NCBI GenBank assembly: GCA_050633305.1 | Contig: JBOEGF010000007.1 | Coordinates: forward strand, 128,001-192,000 | DNA: 64,000 bases | From: Nannocystales bacterium | GTDB lineage: Bacteria; Myxococcota_A; Polyangia; Nannocystales; Nannocystaceae | Direction: 5' to 3' | Shown: piece after piece, positions 1-9,190 of the stretch | Numbering within the stretch: position 1 is the stretch's first letter | Layout: every line of letters begins with the position of its first letter | The notes under the pieces: model-generated | What the model saw: only the letters and a program-made list of their open reading frames with translations | The model's database searches: none | Told to the model about the DNA's origin: nothing | Translations under genes and position numbers: made by a program

Positions 1-465
1 GTCAAACTCGTCGGCAAAGACGGCGTGCCCGCCTTGTACTGGTACGCCTCTTCGCTCGGCAAGTGGGCCAAGAAGAAGGGCTTCGCCGTGCTGCTCGGGC
101 AGAAGGACAACGTCAAAGCGACGATGGACCGCTGCCTCGAGCTGGATCCCACCTTCTACTACGGCGGACCGCACCGTTACTTCGGAGCCTTCTATGCGAT
201 CGCACCTGCGTTCGCGGGCGGGGACCTCGAGAAGTCGAAGGTTCACTTCAAGAAGTCGCTGGAGATCGCTCCCAACTTCGTCGGCACCAAGGTGCTCTGG
301 GCTGCTGAGCTCGCGACGAAGACCCAGGACGAGGCAACGTTCGACACCCTCATCGCCGAGATCGAAGCGTCCAAAGAGGATGCGATCCCCGAGGTTCTCC
401 CCGAGCTGCGGATCGAGATGCAGAAGGGCGCCGAGCTCAAAGCCAACCGCGACGACCTGTTCTAA
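1..465 (+). CDS. TRAP transporter TatT component (TPR-like), 5'-truncated by window edge
   Basis: Frame is open from base 1. Motifs ALYWYASSLGKW, LELDPTFYYGGPHRYFGAFY, GGDLEKSKVHF resemble TatT proteins; lies upstream of dctPQM. Confidence 0.8.
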   Translation, partial: VKLVGKDGVPALYWYASSLGKWAKKKGFAVLLGQKDNVKATMDRCLELDPTFYYGGPHRYFGAFYAIAPAFAGGDLEKSKVHFKKSLEIAPNFVGTKVLWAAELATKTQDEATFDTLIAEIEASKEDAIPEVLPELRIEMQKGAELKANRDDLF

Positions 466-483
466 GAGGTCGCACCGCAGCGA

Positions 484-520
484 GAACGCCCAGCTGGTTT
501 TCCCCGGCTGGGCGTTTTTC
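484..520 (+). terminator. Probable intrinsic terminator after TatT gene
   Basis: Stem aacgcccagc/gctgggcgtt followed by a T-run. Confidence 0.6.
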
Positions 521-571
521 GTTGGCGTCGGTACGGCGAACGCGGTTTAGGCGACCGTTTCCGGATCTCGT

Positions 572-600
572 TTGACTTGTAGGATTTGCTCCCACATAGT
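572..600 (+). promoter_or_regulatory. Candidate sigma70-type promoter for dctP
   Basis: TTGACT-17 nt-CATAGT in the relatively AT-rich intergenic region; match by eye only. Confidence 0.3.
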
Positions 601-846
601 GGGAACCAGGCGGCGTTGATGCAACCGCCCGACATAGCTAGGTAAAACGTCGATTCGGGCTTGATCCCAAGGGGGGGACTCCGGTTCAATCGCCCCCCAC
701 GTTCCATCGCCGCCGGGAACAGGAGTGAAGATCGGCGCCAGCGCATACGTCCCAGGCCAGGACCACGCGGACCCCCGTTTTTGATTTGGCCTCAACCCGG
801 CGCGCGCGCGCCGTAGCCCCGCGAACGACCCAAAGGAAGATCTCCA

Positions 847-1872
847 ATGTCGACCAAGAAGCTCCCGACCTCCCGCCGCACCTTCGTCAAAGGCACCGCC
901 GCCTCGGCCGCGATCGCTCCGTTCTTCATCGGGCGTTCCGCGAAGGCGGCTGAGCCGGATTGGACGCTCACGCTTGGGACGGTCGCTCCAAGGGACACCC
1001 CTTGGGGAGGCATGGCCACCAGGATCAGCAAGCTCATGACGGAGAAGACCGGCGGCAAGGTCAAGTTGAAGACCTTCTTTGGCGGATCCCGCGGGACTGA
1101 GCAAACAGTGGCTGCGAGTACTGCGGCCGGCACCATGGCCATCTTCGCCGGATCGTTCGGGGGACTGGGGAAGATCATCCCGGAACTGGGCGTGTTTGAG
1201 CTCCCGTTCATCATGTCGAGTGCGAAGCAGGGCCGAAAGGTCGTGGATGCAAATCGAACCCTCATCCATGACCTTCTGTGGGAGCGGGGATTCAAGCTCA
1301 TGATGTTCTCCGAGAACGGGAGTCAGGACATTGGGACGACGAGGCCGGTGGAAAAGCCCTCCGACATGAAGGGGCTCAAGATTCGCACGCTTGAGTCGCA
1401 GGTCCACATCGATACGGTCGAGGCAACCGGTGCCACAGCCGTTCCGATGGGCGTGACCGAGGTTCTTCCCTCGCTCCAGACCGGGGTGATCGATGGTTTG
1501 ACCAATACGGCTCTGTTTGCGACGGCCGCGAACTGGACTTCCGGTTTGGCGGACTGGACGGTCACCCATCACTGCTGGCAACCCGCGGTTGTAGCGATGT
1601 CACGGCTAGTCTGGGAGAAGCTGCCAGCCGAGATCCAGGAGGCCATGGGGTTGGAGTCGGCGGAACTCGCGAAGATCAAGACTCGTACGGACCGAAAGCT
1701 CGACGCCATGGCGCCCCAGCTCCTGCAGAACATCGCCGACCTGGGGATTACCGTCCACAAGCCGGACCTCGCTCCTTGGAAGACGATCGCCGGCAAGGTG
1801 CAGGCGAAGTTCGACAAGCGAACCACCAAGTACGGACGGGCACTGCTCAAGGGGATCAAAAAGGCAACGTAG
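847..1872 (+). CDS. dctP: TRAP transporter substrate-binding protein with twin-arginine signal peptide
   Basis: SRRTFVK Tat motif; LGTVAPRDTPW; DMKGLKIRT; EVLPSLQTGVIDG; RBS aaagga upstream. Confidence 0.92.
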   Translation: MSTKKLPTSRRTFVKGTAASAAIAPFFIGRSAKAAEPDWTLTLGTVAPRDTPWGGMATRISKLMTEKTGGKVKLKTFFGGSRGTEQTVAASTAAGTMAIFAGSFGGLGKIIPELGVFELPFIMSSAKQGRKVVDANRTLIHDLLWERGFKLMMFSENGSQDIGTTRPVEKPSDMKGLKIRTLESQVHIDTVEATGATAVPMGVTEVLPSLQTGVIDGLTNTALFATAANWTSGLADWTVTHHCWQPAVVAMSRLVWEKLPAEIQEAMGLESAELAKIKTRTDRKLDAMAPQLLQNIADLGITVHKPDLAPWKTIAGKVQAKFDKRTTKYGRALLKGIKKAT

Positions 1873-1890
1873 TCCCCGGGGGCGACGGCC

Positions 1891-1955
1891 GCTACCGCAT
1901 AGAAAAAGGAGAAAGCCCGGGACACCCGGGCTTTCTCCTTTTTCTATGCGGTAGC
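1891..1955. repeat. Perfect 31-bp inverted repeat (3-nt loop) between dctP and dctQ, terminator-like
   Basis: gctaccgcatagaaaaaggagaaagcccggg-aca-cccgggctttctcctttttctatgcggtagc. Confidence 0.9.
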
Positions 1956-2960
1956 ATGCCCGCCACGGTGAAGGACCTTTTCAAGAAGATTGACCGGATG
2001 GTGTTCCGGGGGGAGCGCGGGCTCGTCGTCGCATCGCTCATCGTGATGAGCGTCGTCGTCTTCCTCGACGTCGTCTACCGGACGTTCGCCAGTGAGGAAA
2101 ACAAGGGCGTCACCGCGTTCGTCAAGCTCCTCAGCTATTTCGGCGTGACCATCGAACGGGGAGACCCGACGTACTTGAGCCTCGAGAGTTGGTTCCCATA
2201 CGTGCTGTGGGTCGCGTTCGTTGGACTCGGGGTGTTGGGCATTCGTACCGCTGGTCGAAGCGAGAAGATGGCGTTGCCCAAGGCATTGCTGTTCTCGACG
2301 GTGGGTGTCGCCGCTGCCTATGGACTCGTTCGGCTCTTCCTGGTGCTGGCCCCCAACGGTCTCGTCTGGGCCCCGAACTTGGCTCTGGTCCTGACCCTGT
2401 GGGTCGGCTTCGTCGCCGCATCGATGTGCACCCACGAGAACAAGCACCTCAAGGTAGAGGCCGCGCAGCGGGCAATCCCCGAGAAGTTCAAGCCGTACGT
2501 CGTGTTCTTGTCTTCGTTGTTTAGCGCGGCCGTCTGTTTCGCGCTCATGTGGCTGTCCATCCGCTACGTGCTCCATCGTCACCACGAGTTCATCCAATCC
2601 GAAGGGCGCGGTGGGATCGTCGACGGGCTGGGGCTGCCCCTCTACCAAGCGATGGCGGTTCTCCCTCTTTCGTTCCTCACGATGACGATGCGGTTCACCG
2701 CCCGTGGCGTATTTGCGTTGGGTGGCGAGCTGCCGGAGACACCGTCCATCGAGGGGCTGGATCAACTCGACAAGTACGTGGGCGACGCACAGGCGCCGAG
2801 TGACGTTCCTACTGAAGTTGGGTCGGTTTCCGACGACCTACCTCGTCCCCAAAGCCAAGTCCGGACAGATGCGCACGACTCGCCCGGAAACGAGAGCGAA
2901 GAAGGAGAGTCAGGCGAGGCCACGGATGGAGCCGACGAGGAAGAGGAGGCTCAACGATGA
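1956..2960 (+). CDS. dctQ: TRAP transporter small permease with extra TM segments and acidic tail
   Basis: Start chosen at MPATVK. Multiple TM helices; WAPNLALVLTLWVGFVAASMCTHENKHLKVE is DctQ-like; ATGA overlap with dctM. Confidence 0.85.
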   Translation: MPATVKDLFKKIDRMVFRGERGLVVASLIVMSVVVFLDVVYRTFASEENKGVTAFVKLLSYFGVTIERGDPTYLSLESWFPYVLWVAFVGLGVLGIRTAGRSEKMALPKALLFSTVGVAAAYGLVRLFLVLAPNGLVWAPNLALVLTLWVGFVAASMCTHENKHLKVEAAQRAIPEKFKPYVVFLSSLFSAAVCFALMWLSIRYVLHRHHEFIQSEGRGGIVDGLGLPLYQAMAVLPLSFLTMTMRFTARGVFALGGELPETPSIEGLDQLDKYVGDAQAPSDVPTEVGSVSDDLPRPQSQVRTDAHDSPGNESEEGESGEATDGADEEEEAQR

Positions 2961-4963
2961 CTCACCGTTTTTCCACAACCACCAAAATCCTGTCGTTGGC
3001 CGTGTTGCTCGGTGTCTTCGTCCTTGCTTCGACAGGCCATGCAGCGCCTGAGGCCGCACAAGAAGCGTCTTCAAGCGGCGGAGCGCTGATGCTACTGCTC
3101 GCTCTCGCCGCTATGATTGGGCTCGGTTCTCCGTTGTTCGTGATCATCGGGGTGCTCGCGGCACTGTGTTTCTTGATCTACGGCGACGGGTACACGGTCG
3201 AGTCCTGCGCGACGCTACGTCGGGATTCGATCTGCGGGTTCGAGACATTCCCGTCGAAGATGGCGGACCTCTCCACGAAACCCGTCCTGCTGGCGATTCC
3301 GTTTTTCGTCGTATCGGGCGCGATCATGAGCGCAGGCGATATCGCGAACCGTCTGGTGATGTTTGCCAAGGCTCTAGTGGGGTGGCTACCGGGCGGCCTC
3401 GCCATCGCCACCGTGGGAGGCTGTGTCTTCTTCGCCGCAATCTCGGGTTCGAGTCCGGTTACGGTCATCGCAATCGGTTCGATGATGTATCCCGCCCTGA
3501 CCAAGGCGGGATACAGCGACGCCTTCTCCATGGGCCTCGTGACCTCCGCTGGATCACTTGGGATCCTCATCCCACCGTCGATCCCGATGCTGGTGTTTGC
3601 GATCGTCGGCGGGTCCACCGCGGCGATCGACATCGGTGAGTTGTTCATGGCCGGCATCCTGCCGGGGGTGCTCATCGCCGGATTGCTCTCGCTCTACGCG
3701 GTCTTTGTCGCCGGCCGTGCGGGAGGCGAACGCGAGAGATTCGACTTCAAGGAGGTGTTCCAGGCATTTCTCGACGGTTTCTGGGCCATCTCCCTCCCTG
3801 CGCTCATCCTCGGCGGCATCTACACCGGCTTGTTCACGGCAACCGAAGCCGCGGCTGTCTCGGTGGTCTACGCGCTCGTCGTTGAACTCTACATCCACCG
3901 CACGCTGACATGGTCCCAGCTCCCGAAGGTGCTTTCGGAGGCAGGTGTGTTGATGGGAACGCTGCTGATCATCATGGCATTGGCGTTTGGGCTCAATGAC
4001 TTTCTCGTTGAACAGCAGGTGCCGGAACTGGCTGTTGAGTGGATCGTCAGCAAGAACTTCACGCCAGTGCAGTTCCTCTTGATGGTGAACGTGTTCCTCC
4101 TCGTGGTCGGTGCACTGATGGACTCCATCTCCGCCATCCTGGTCATCGCGCCGTTGCTGACTCCTATTGCTGCGACTCTGGGAATCGACCCCATCCACAT
4201 GGGGGTCATCTTCATCGTGAACTTGGAGATCGGGTACCTGACGCCTCCGATCGGTATCAACCTGTTCGTCGCGTCCGCCGCCTTCAAGAAGCCGATGGGG
4301 TTGGTGATGAAGTCGGTCGTGCCGTTCATCGGCTTGATGTTCGTCGGGCTGATGGTCGTCACGTACGTGCCGACGGTCTCGGTCGGTCCCGTGAACGTTC
4401 TGATGCGTGACAAGCCGTTCTACGAGCCATTCCCGGAGGCAAAGCCCACGGGAAGCGCGGGAGGGGCGAATGACCTGGCCTCTCTTGCTGACGCTGGAAA
4501 GACGGCCAAGTTGCCGACCGAAGAAGGGAAGCCCAGGACGGCCGGTGAAATCAGTGTCATCACAGACCAGCTCATGAACCTCTGTTTTGCCGGGGAGGAC
4601 GTCGTTGCGGACGAGGGGGTCAAGCCTGCTGACCGGGTCCAGGCGTGGCAAGGCCTTTTCGAGGAAGAAGGGGTGACAAGCCCCGACGTGCTCGAACTCG
4701 CCGCCCACGCAATCGAAAAGGCCGGAACGCCTGACGCCTACGCCACCCTTCGCAAGGAAGTAGACGCTGTTCTGAAGAACGACTGGGAGTGCGAGGCGCT
4801 CGAGACCCTGCTCGGCCCGGCCAAACCGGCCAAGCCCGAGGGCGACGATGCGGACGCGAAGGGCGACGACGCGGATCCGGATCCGGACAAGAAGCCTGTG
4901 GAGCCGGAAGGGGCGGGCGACGAGCCGCAAGCTGCCGACGAATCGGGCGGCGATCCCGAGTGA
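2957..4963 (+). CDS. dctM: TRAP transporter large permease with soluble C-terminal extension
   Basis: LLAIPFFV, FFAAISGSS, GSLGILIPPSIP, FTATEAAAV, IGYLTPPIGINLFV. Confidence 0.95.
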   Translation: MTHRFSTTTKILSLAVLLGVFVLASTGHAAPEAAQEASSSGGALMLLLALAAMIGLGSPLFVIIGVLAALCFLIYGDGYTVESCATLRRDSICGFETFPSKMADLSTKPVLLAIPFFVVSGAIMSAGDIANRLVMFAKALVGWLPGGLAIATVGGCVFFAAISGSSPVTVIAIGSMMYPALTKAGYSDAFSMGLVTSAGSLGILIPPSIPMLVFAIVGGSTAAIDIGELFMAGILPGVLIAGLLSLYAVFVAGRAGGERERFDFKEVFQAFLDGFWAISLPALILGGIYTGLFTATEAAAVSVVYALVVELYIHRTLTWSQLPKVLSEAGVLMGTLLIIMALAFGLNDFLVEQQVPELAVEWIVSKNFTPVQFLLMVNVFLLVVGALMDSISAILVIAPLLTPIAATLGIDPIHMGVIFIVNLEIGYLTPPIGINLFVASAAFKKPMGLVMKSVVPFIGLMFVGLMVVTYVPTVSVGPVNVLMRDKPFYEPFPEAKPTGSAGGANDLASLADAGKTAKLPTEEGKPRTAGEISVITDQLMNLCFAGEDVVADEGVKPADRVQAWQGLFEEEGVTSPDVLELAAHAIEKAGTPDAYATLRKEVDAVLKNDWECEALETLLGPAKPAKPEGDDADAKGDDADPDPDKKPVEPEGAGDEPQAADESGGDPE

Positions 4964-5010
4964 GTTTGAACGCTCGCGCGGGATCGTACGGTGGCCTATA
5001 GTCCCAACGC

Positions 5011-6750
5011 GTGGATCGACCTACGGATGCGATAGGCCGCGTAGGTGCGCGTCTCCAGCGGCTCTTGAGCGGCGGCGCCGAGCTCTCCGAGGATGACCTT
5101 CGAGGAGAGCCCGACCTGCGAGCTCGGGCGGCGCTGCGCTTACTCAACCAGCTCGCACGTGAGCGGCGCGGCGAAGGGTCGCAGGAGCCAGGCGGACTGG
5201 CGGCGGAGCGTGCGGTTGCAGAGGCCGAACGGGCCGAGCACCGCCGGGCTCGTGAGGAACTCAGCGTGCTCATGCGGCACTTCCCGGGCGCGGTCTGGAC
5301 GACCGACGATGACCTGCGGGTTGTGTCGGCGGCGGGGGAGCGCGCGGAGGTTCTCGGGCTGACCGAGGCTTCGATCGGCGAGCCGCTCACACGACATGTC
5401 CCCGCGGGCGGGCTGGCCATCGGTGCGTTGCATGCGGTGGCGGACCTGGGTCGTGGCAACTACGAGTTCCGCCACGAGGGGCGGACGTTCCAGGTCACGG
5501 TGTCGCCGCTCGAGCAGCACCAGCGCGCCAGCCTGATCTGGGTGGCGGCCGACGTCACGGAGCGCAGGCAGGTCGACGCGGAGATGATTCGGGCTCGCCT
5601 CGAACGCGGTCAGAAGCTGGAGCAGATCGGTCTGCTCGCGGGCGGCATCGCGCTGGACTTCAACAACCTGCTCACCTCGATCATCGGAAACGCGAGCCTG
5701 GCCCGGACGGCCCTGCGTGCGGGGGAGTCCGCCGACGACTACCTCGACGGTCTCGAAGCCCAGGCCGACGTCGCGGCCGAGCTTTCACGGCAGCTGCTCG
5801 CCTACTCGGGGCAGGGAAAGATCGTGATCGAGTCGGTCAATCTGTCCGACACGGTTCGCGAAATGGCCGCGCTGCTCCGAAGCTCGGTCTCCAAGGGCGC
5901 GACGTTCGATTTTCGGCTCGCGACGGGGCTGCCCCTGGTGCGCGCAGACAGTGCCCAGATTCGTCAGCTAACGATGAACCTGATCACCAACGCCTCCGAC
6001 GCGCTGTCGGGCCGCGACGGTGTCATCACGCTCACCACGTCGGTGGTGGAGGTCGACCGGGACTTTCTGGCGGGGCTCGAAGGCGCCGAGGATGTTCCGG
6101 CGGGGCGATACATCTGCCTCGAGGTCCGGGATGAGGGCCACGGGATGGACGAGGAGACGCAGGGACGGATGTTTGATCCGTTCTTCTCCACGAAGCCGGA
6201 CGGACACGGGCTGGGTTTGGCCGCGACGCTGGGCATCCTTCGTGGCCACCGCGGCAAGGTTCGGGTGACGAGCAAACCCGGAGGAGGCACATCGGTGCGT
6301 ATCTTCCTCCCGGTCAGCGGTCGGAAGCTCGAGCAAAGCGGCCCCCAACTCGCAGCCGTCTACGACCGGCCCGTCGGCGATGCGGTCGTGTTGGTGGTCG
6401 ACGACGAGGAGGCGGTACGCCGGATGGTCACCGCGGCGCTGAGCGAGGCCGGCTACGAGGTCGTCACCGCGACCAACGGTGTCGAAGCCCTCAAGCGACT
6501 CGGCGAGCGGCCCGACATCGACCTTGTGCTCCTCGACGTGATGATGCCGCAGATGGACGGCGCCCAGGCCCTTCGCTTGCTCCGGGGTAGGGCCCCAAAG
6601 ATTCGCGTCATCCTCACCAGTGGGTATGGGGAGCGTCCCGTGTTGGACTGGCTGCGCATGTCCGACGAGGTGGAGTTCCTCAAGAAGCCCTACCGGGTCG
6701 AGGATGTCGTCGCCAAGGTCGGTGAAGTCCTCGACCCGTCGCGGGACTGA
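5011..6750 (+). CDS. Hybrid PAS-histidine kinase-receiver protein (H-box His replaced by Leu)
   Basis: PAS-like region; LAGGIALDFNNLL H-box; NLITNASDA, DEGHGM, FDPFFSTK, GHGLGLA; C-terminal receiver (VVDDE, LLDVMMP, KKP). Confidence 0.92.
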   Translation: MDRPTDAIGRVGARLQRLLSGGAELSEDDLRGEPDLRARAALRLLNQLARERRGEGSQEPGGLAAERAVAEAERAEHRRAREELSVLMRHFPGAVWTTDDDLRVVSAAGERAEVLGLTEASIGEPLTRHVPAGGLAIGALHAVADLGRGNYEFRHEGRTFQVTVSPLEQHQRASLIWVAADVTERRQVDAEMIRARLERGQKLEQIGLLAGGIALDFNNLLTSIIGNASLARTALRAGESADDYLDGLEAQADVAAELSRQLLAYSGQGKIVIESVNLSDTVREMAALLRSSVSKGATFDFRLATGLPLVRADSAQIRQLTMNLITNASDALSGRDGVITLTTSVVEVDRDFLAGLEGAEDVPAGRYICLEVRDEGHGMDEETQGRMFDPFFSTKPDGHGLGLAATLGILRGHRGKVRVTSKPGGGTSVRIFLPVSGRKLEQSGPQLAAVYDRPVGDAVVLVVDDEEAVRRMVTAALSEAGYEVVTATNGVEALKRLGERPDIDLVLLDVMMPQMDGAQALRLLRGRAPKIRVILTSGYGERPVLDWLRMSDEVEFLKKPYRVEDVVAKVGEVLDPSRD

Positions 6751-6794
6751 GCGCGGGCGACGACTCGTGGCCGCCGCGCCCAGGTCAGGCATCG

Positions 6795-7787
6795 CTAGAT
6801 CCGGCCGATGAAGTGTGTGCCGGCCTGACCGTCGAGGGCGTCGCGCAGACTCTCAGCATCGGTGATCAGTCCACGCTGCCCACCGCGTCGGAGAAATCCG
6901 TAGATCGCTTCGACCTTGGGGCCCATGGAGCCCGGTGGAAAGTGTCCGGCGTCGATGTGCCGGCGACACTCCGCCATGGTAACGGCACCCAAGACACTCG
7001 CGTTTTCTTCGCCAAAGTTGATGTAGACGCCATCGACAGCGGTGAGGATGACAAGGAGGTCTGCGTCGACTTCGGTCGCCAGGACACCCGAGGTGAGGTC
7101 CTTGTCGATCACAGCCTCGATGCCGCGAAACTCCCCGGTCTCCGCGTTGATGGTGACCGGGACTCCACCACCTCCCGCAGCCACGACGATGTTGCCGGAG
7201 ACCACCGCCTCGCGAATCATCGCGGCCTGCACGATTTTCTGCGGTTTGGGACTGGGCACGACCCGTCGCCAACCACGGTTGAGGTCCTTCGCAATCTCCC
7301 ACCCGGACTCGTCACGTTTCTTTTCGGCGGTTTCTTGGTCCATGAACGGCCCGACCGGCTTGGTCGGATTGCCGAACGCGGGGTCATCCGGAGAGACCAT
7401 GACCTGGGTGACCATGGTGGTGACGAAACGGGCGATGTTCCGTGAGTGCAGCTCCTGCAGCAGCACCCGCTGGAGGTAGTAGCCGAGGCTGCCCTGGGTC
7501 TGCGCGACAAGAACATCGAGCGGAAGGCGGGGGACCTCGGACACGCTCATCTCGGTGCGGGTCATCAGGTCGCCGACCTGGGGACCGTTGCCGTGGGTGA
7601 TCACGATCCGGTAGCCACGCTCGATCAGCACCATCAACGCCTGCGATATCTCGGCGGCGTTGTTGATGTGCTCCTCGTAGGTGCCGCGTTGGCCGGGCTT
7701 GAGGAACGCATGGCCCCCCATCGCGACGACGGCGGTAGGAGGAGGCTGGGTGGCTGTCCGTGGACCGGGCTCGGATCTCGGCATCAT
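6795..7787 (-). CDS. arcC: Carbamate kinase
   Basis: VVAMGGHA, ITHGNGPQVG, PTKPVGPF, WRRVVPSP, AVIDKD, GSMGPKVEA. Start chosen at the ATGA overlap with the arcA stop. Confidence 0.95.
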   Translation of the reverse strand: MMPRSEPGPRTATQPPPTAVVAMGGHAFLKPGQRGTYEEHINNAAEISQALMVLIERGYRIVITHGNGPQVGDLMTRTEMSVSEVPRLPLDVLVAQTQGSLGYYLQRVLLQELHSRNIARFVTTMVTQVMVSPDDPAFGNPTKPVGPFMDQETAEKKRDESGWEIAKDLNRGWRRVVPSPKPQKIVQAAMIREAVVSGNIVVAAGGGGVPVTINAETGEFRGIEAVIDKDLTSGVLATEVDADLLVILTAVDGVYINFGEENASVLGAVTMAECRRHIDAGHFPPGSMGPKVEAIYGFLRRGGQRGLITDAESLRDALDGQAGTHFIGRI

Positions 7788-9100
7788 AGTTTCGTTCTCC
7801 TCAGTGGCATGGAGAGGCATCGGCCTCCACCCCTCGCCCGCGACAGCTCGCTTCCGGTGAAGGTGAAAACTGTCGGTTGGCTCTCGAGGTTGGCCATGGC
7901 TTCTGCGACGCGTTCGTTTCTCTCGTTCTCAGGTTCGACGAGGGGGAGGTGGAGTTCGCGGAATCCTCGCTCTTGCAGCGCGGCCACCGTCTTGCGGTTC
8001 CGCGAGTAGAGGATGATGCCGCCGGGACCAAGGGCGATCGCGTTGGCGCCGTCGGTCCACTGCTCTCGCTCTTGGTGCAGAGGGTCGTCGCCGCCGCACG
8101 GGACGAGCTTGGTCTGTCGCCCGAACTCATCGCGGAGCACATCGAACGCGGAGGCTTTGGCCATGATGGCTGCGGGTCCATCCCGGTCGACGCGAACGAC
8201 GGGCAAGCCGGGCTTGCGGGGCGAGCCTGAGATCAGCGGGGCGTGCCCGAGGAAGAGGCTTCGATCGACTTGGGTGAGGATGGTGTCGAGGTGCATGACC
8301 GATCGGGCCGTCGGCATGACGACCGCGTACACCCGCTGCAACTCGGGGTGCGACGGGAACAGCGCCTCGCGGCTGAGGCGCTCGATCGTGGTCGGGAGCG
8401 TTCGCTCGGAACAGCCGATCATCAAGACGTCGCCCTTGAGCACCAGGACATCGCCGCCCTCGATGCAGTCGTAGGCCTCGACGAGCGAGTCGGCGGTCTC
8501 GAACGAAAGCGGCGCTCCAACCTTCGGGGAGTGCTGGAGCGCGAAAGCGACAAGCTCGGGCTCACGAGCACGAGCGGGGGTCGCCATCCGTCCTTGGACC
8601 ACGCGGTCGAACACCGTGATGCACGGGTCGCGCAGGAACATCAGGTTGGGCAGGGGTCGCAGCGCCATCGGGTCGGCCTCACGCAGAAGTGCGGCGACAT
8701 GAGCCAAGCTCGACTGCTGGGCCTCGAGGTCACGCCAGTACACCCCTTCGATGAGCGCTTGGGCGAGCTTGTCGGCGGGCCAGGCGGAAAGCACAGCCGC
8801 CGCACTTGGACAGCCGGCGCTGGCGCAACATCGGGCGACGAGGGCCTCGACGTCCGCGGTTGGTGCGGCAGCTAGACCGGCGATGAGAAGATCCTCGAGT
8901 TCGAGAACCTCGGCTCCCGTCGCGGCGATGATATTCGCCATCACCTCATGCTCGCGCGCCGCCTCGGCTGCCGAGAGGATGTCGTCGAACAACATCCGGT
9001 CGAGGTCGTGCTGGGTCATCCGCACGATCTCGTCTCCGGGTCGGTGCAGAAGGACGGACTCGAGCCGACCCACCTCGCTGTGCACGTCGATCTTCATCAC
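7784..9100 (-). CDS. arcA: Arginine deiminase
   Basis: VHSEVGRLESVLLHRPG, PLPNLMFLRD, IEGGD, MHLDT, REQWTDGAN, SELSRARGGGRCLSMPL. Confidence 0.95.
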   Translation of the reverse strand: MMKIDVHSEVGRLESVLLHRPGDEIVRMTQHDLDRMLFDDILSAAEAAREHEVMANIIAATGAEVLELEDLLIAGLAAAPTADVEALVARCCASAGCPSAAAVLSAWPADKLAQALIEGVYWRDLEAQQSSLAHVAALLREADPMALRPLPNLMFLRDPCITVFDRVVQGRMATPARAREPELVAFALQHSPKVGAPLSFETADSLVEAYDCIEGGDVLVLKGDVLMIGCSERTLPTTIERLSREALFPSHPELQRVYAVVMPTARSVMHLDTILTQVDRSLFLGHAPLISGSPRKPGLPVVRVDRDGPAAIMAKASAFDVLRDEFGRQTKLVPCGGDDPLHQEREQWTDGANAIALGPGGIILYSRNRKTVAALQERGFRELHLPLVEPENERNERVAEAMANLESQPTVFTFTGSELSRARGGGRCLSMPLRRTKL

Positions 9101-9190
9101 GCCGCTCGATGCTCACACGGGAAGGGGGGCCAGGCCAGCGCGCATCTCGTGTCCTGAGCGGCCAGTCCTCGGCTGGGCCGCTTCCGAGGT

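Noticed and set aside
668..700. tRNA-like ggttcaatc motif
   Set aside because: No cloverleaf, acceptor stem or anticodon arm can be formed.
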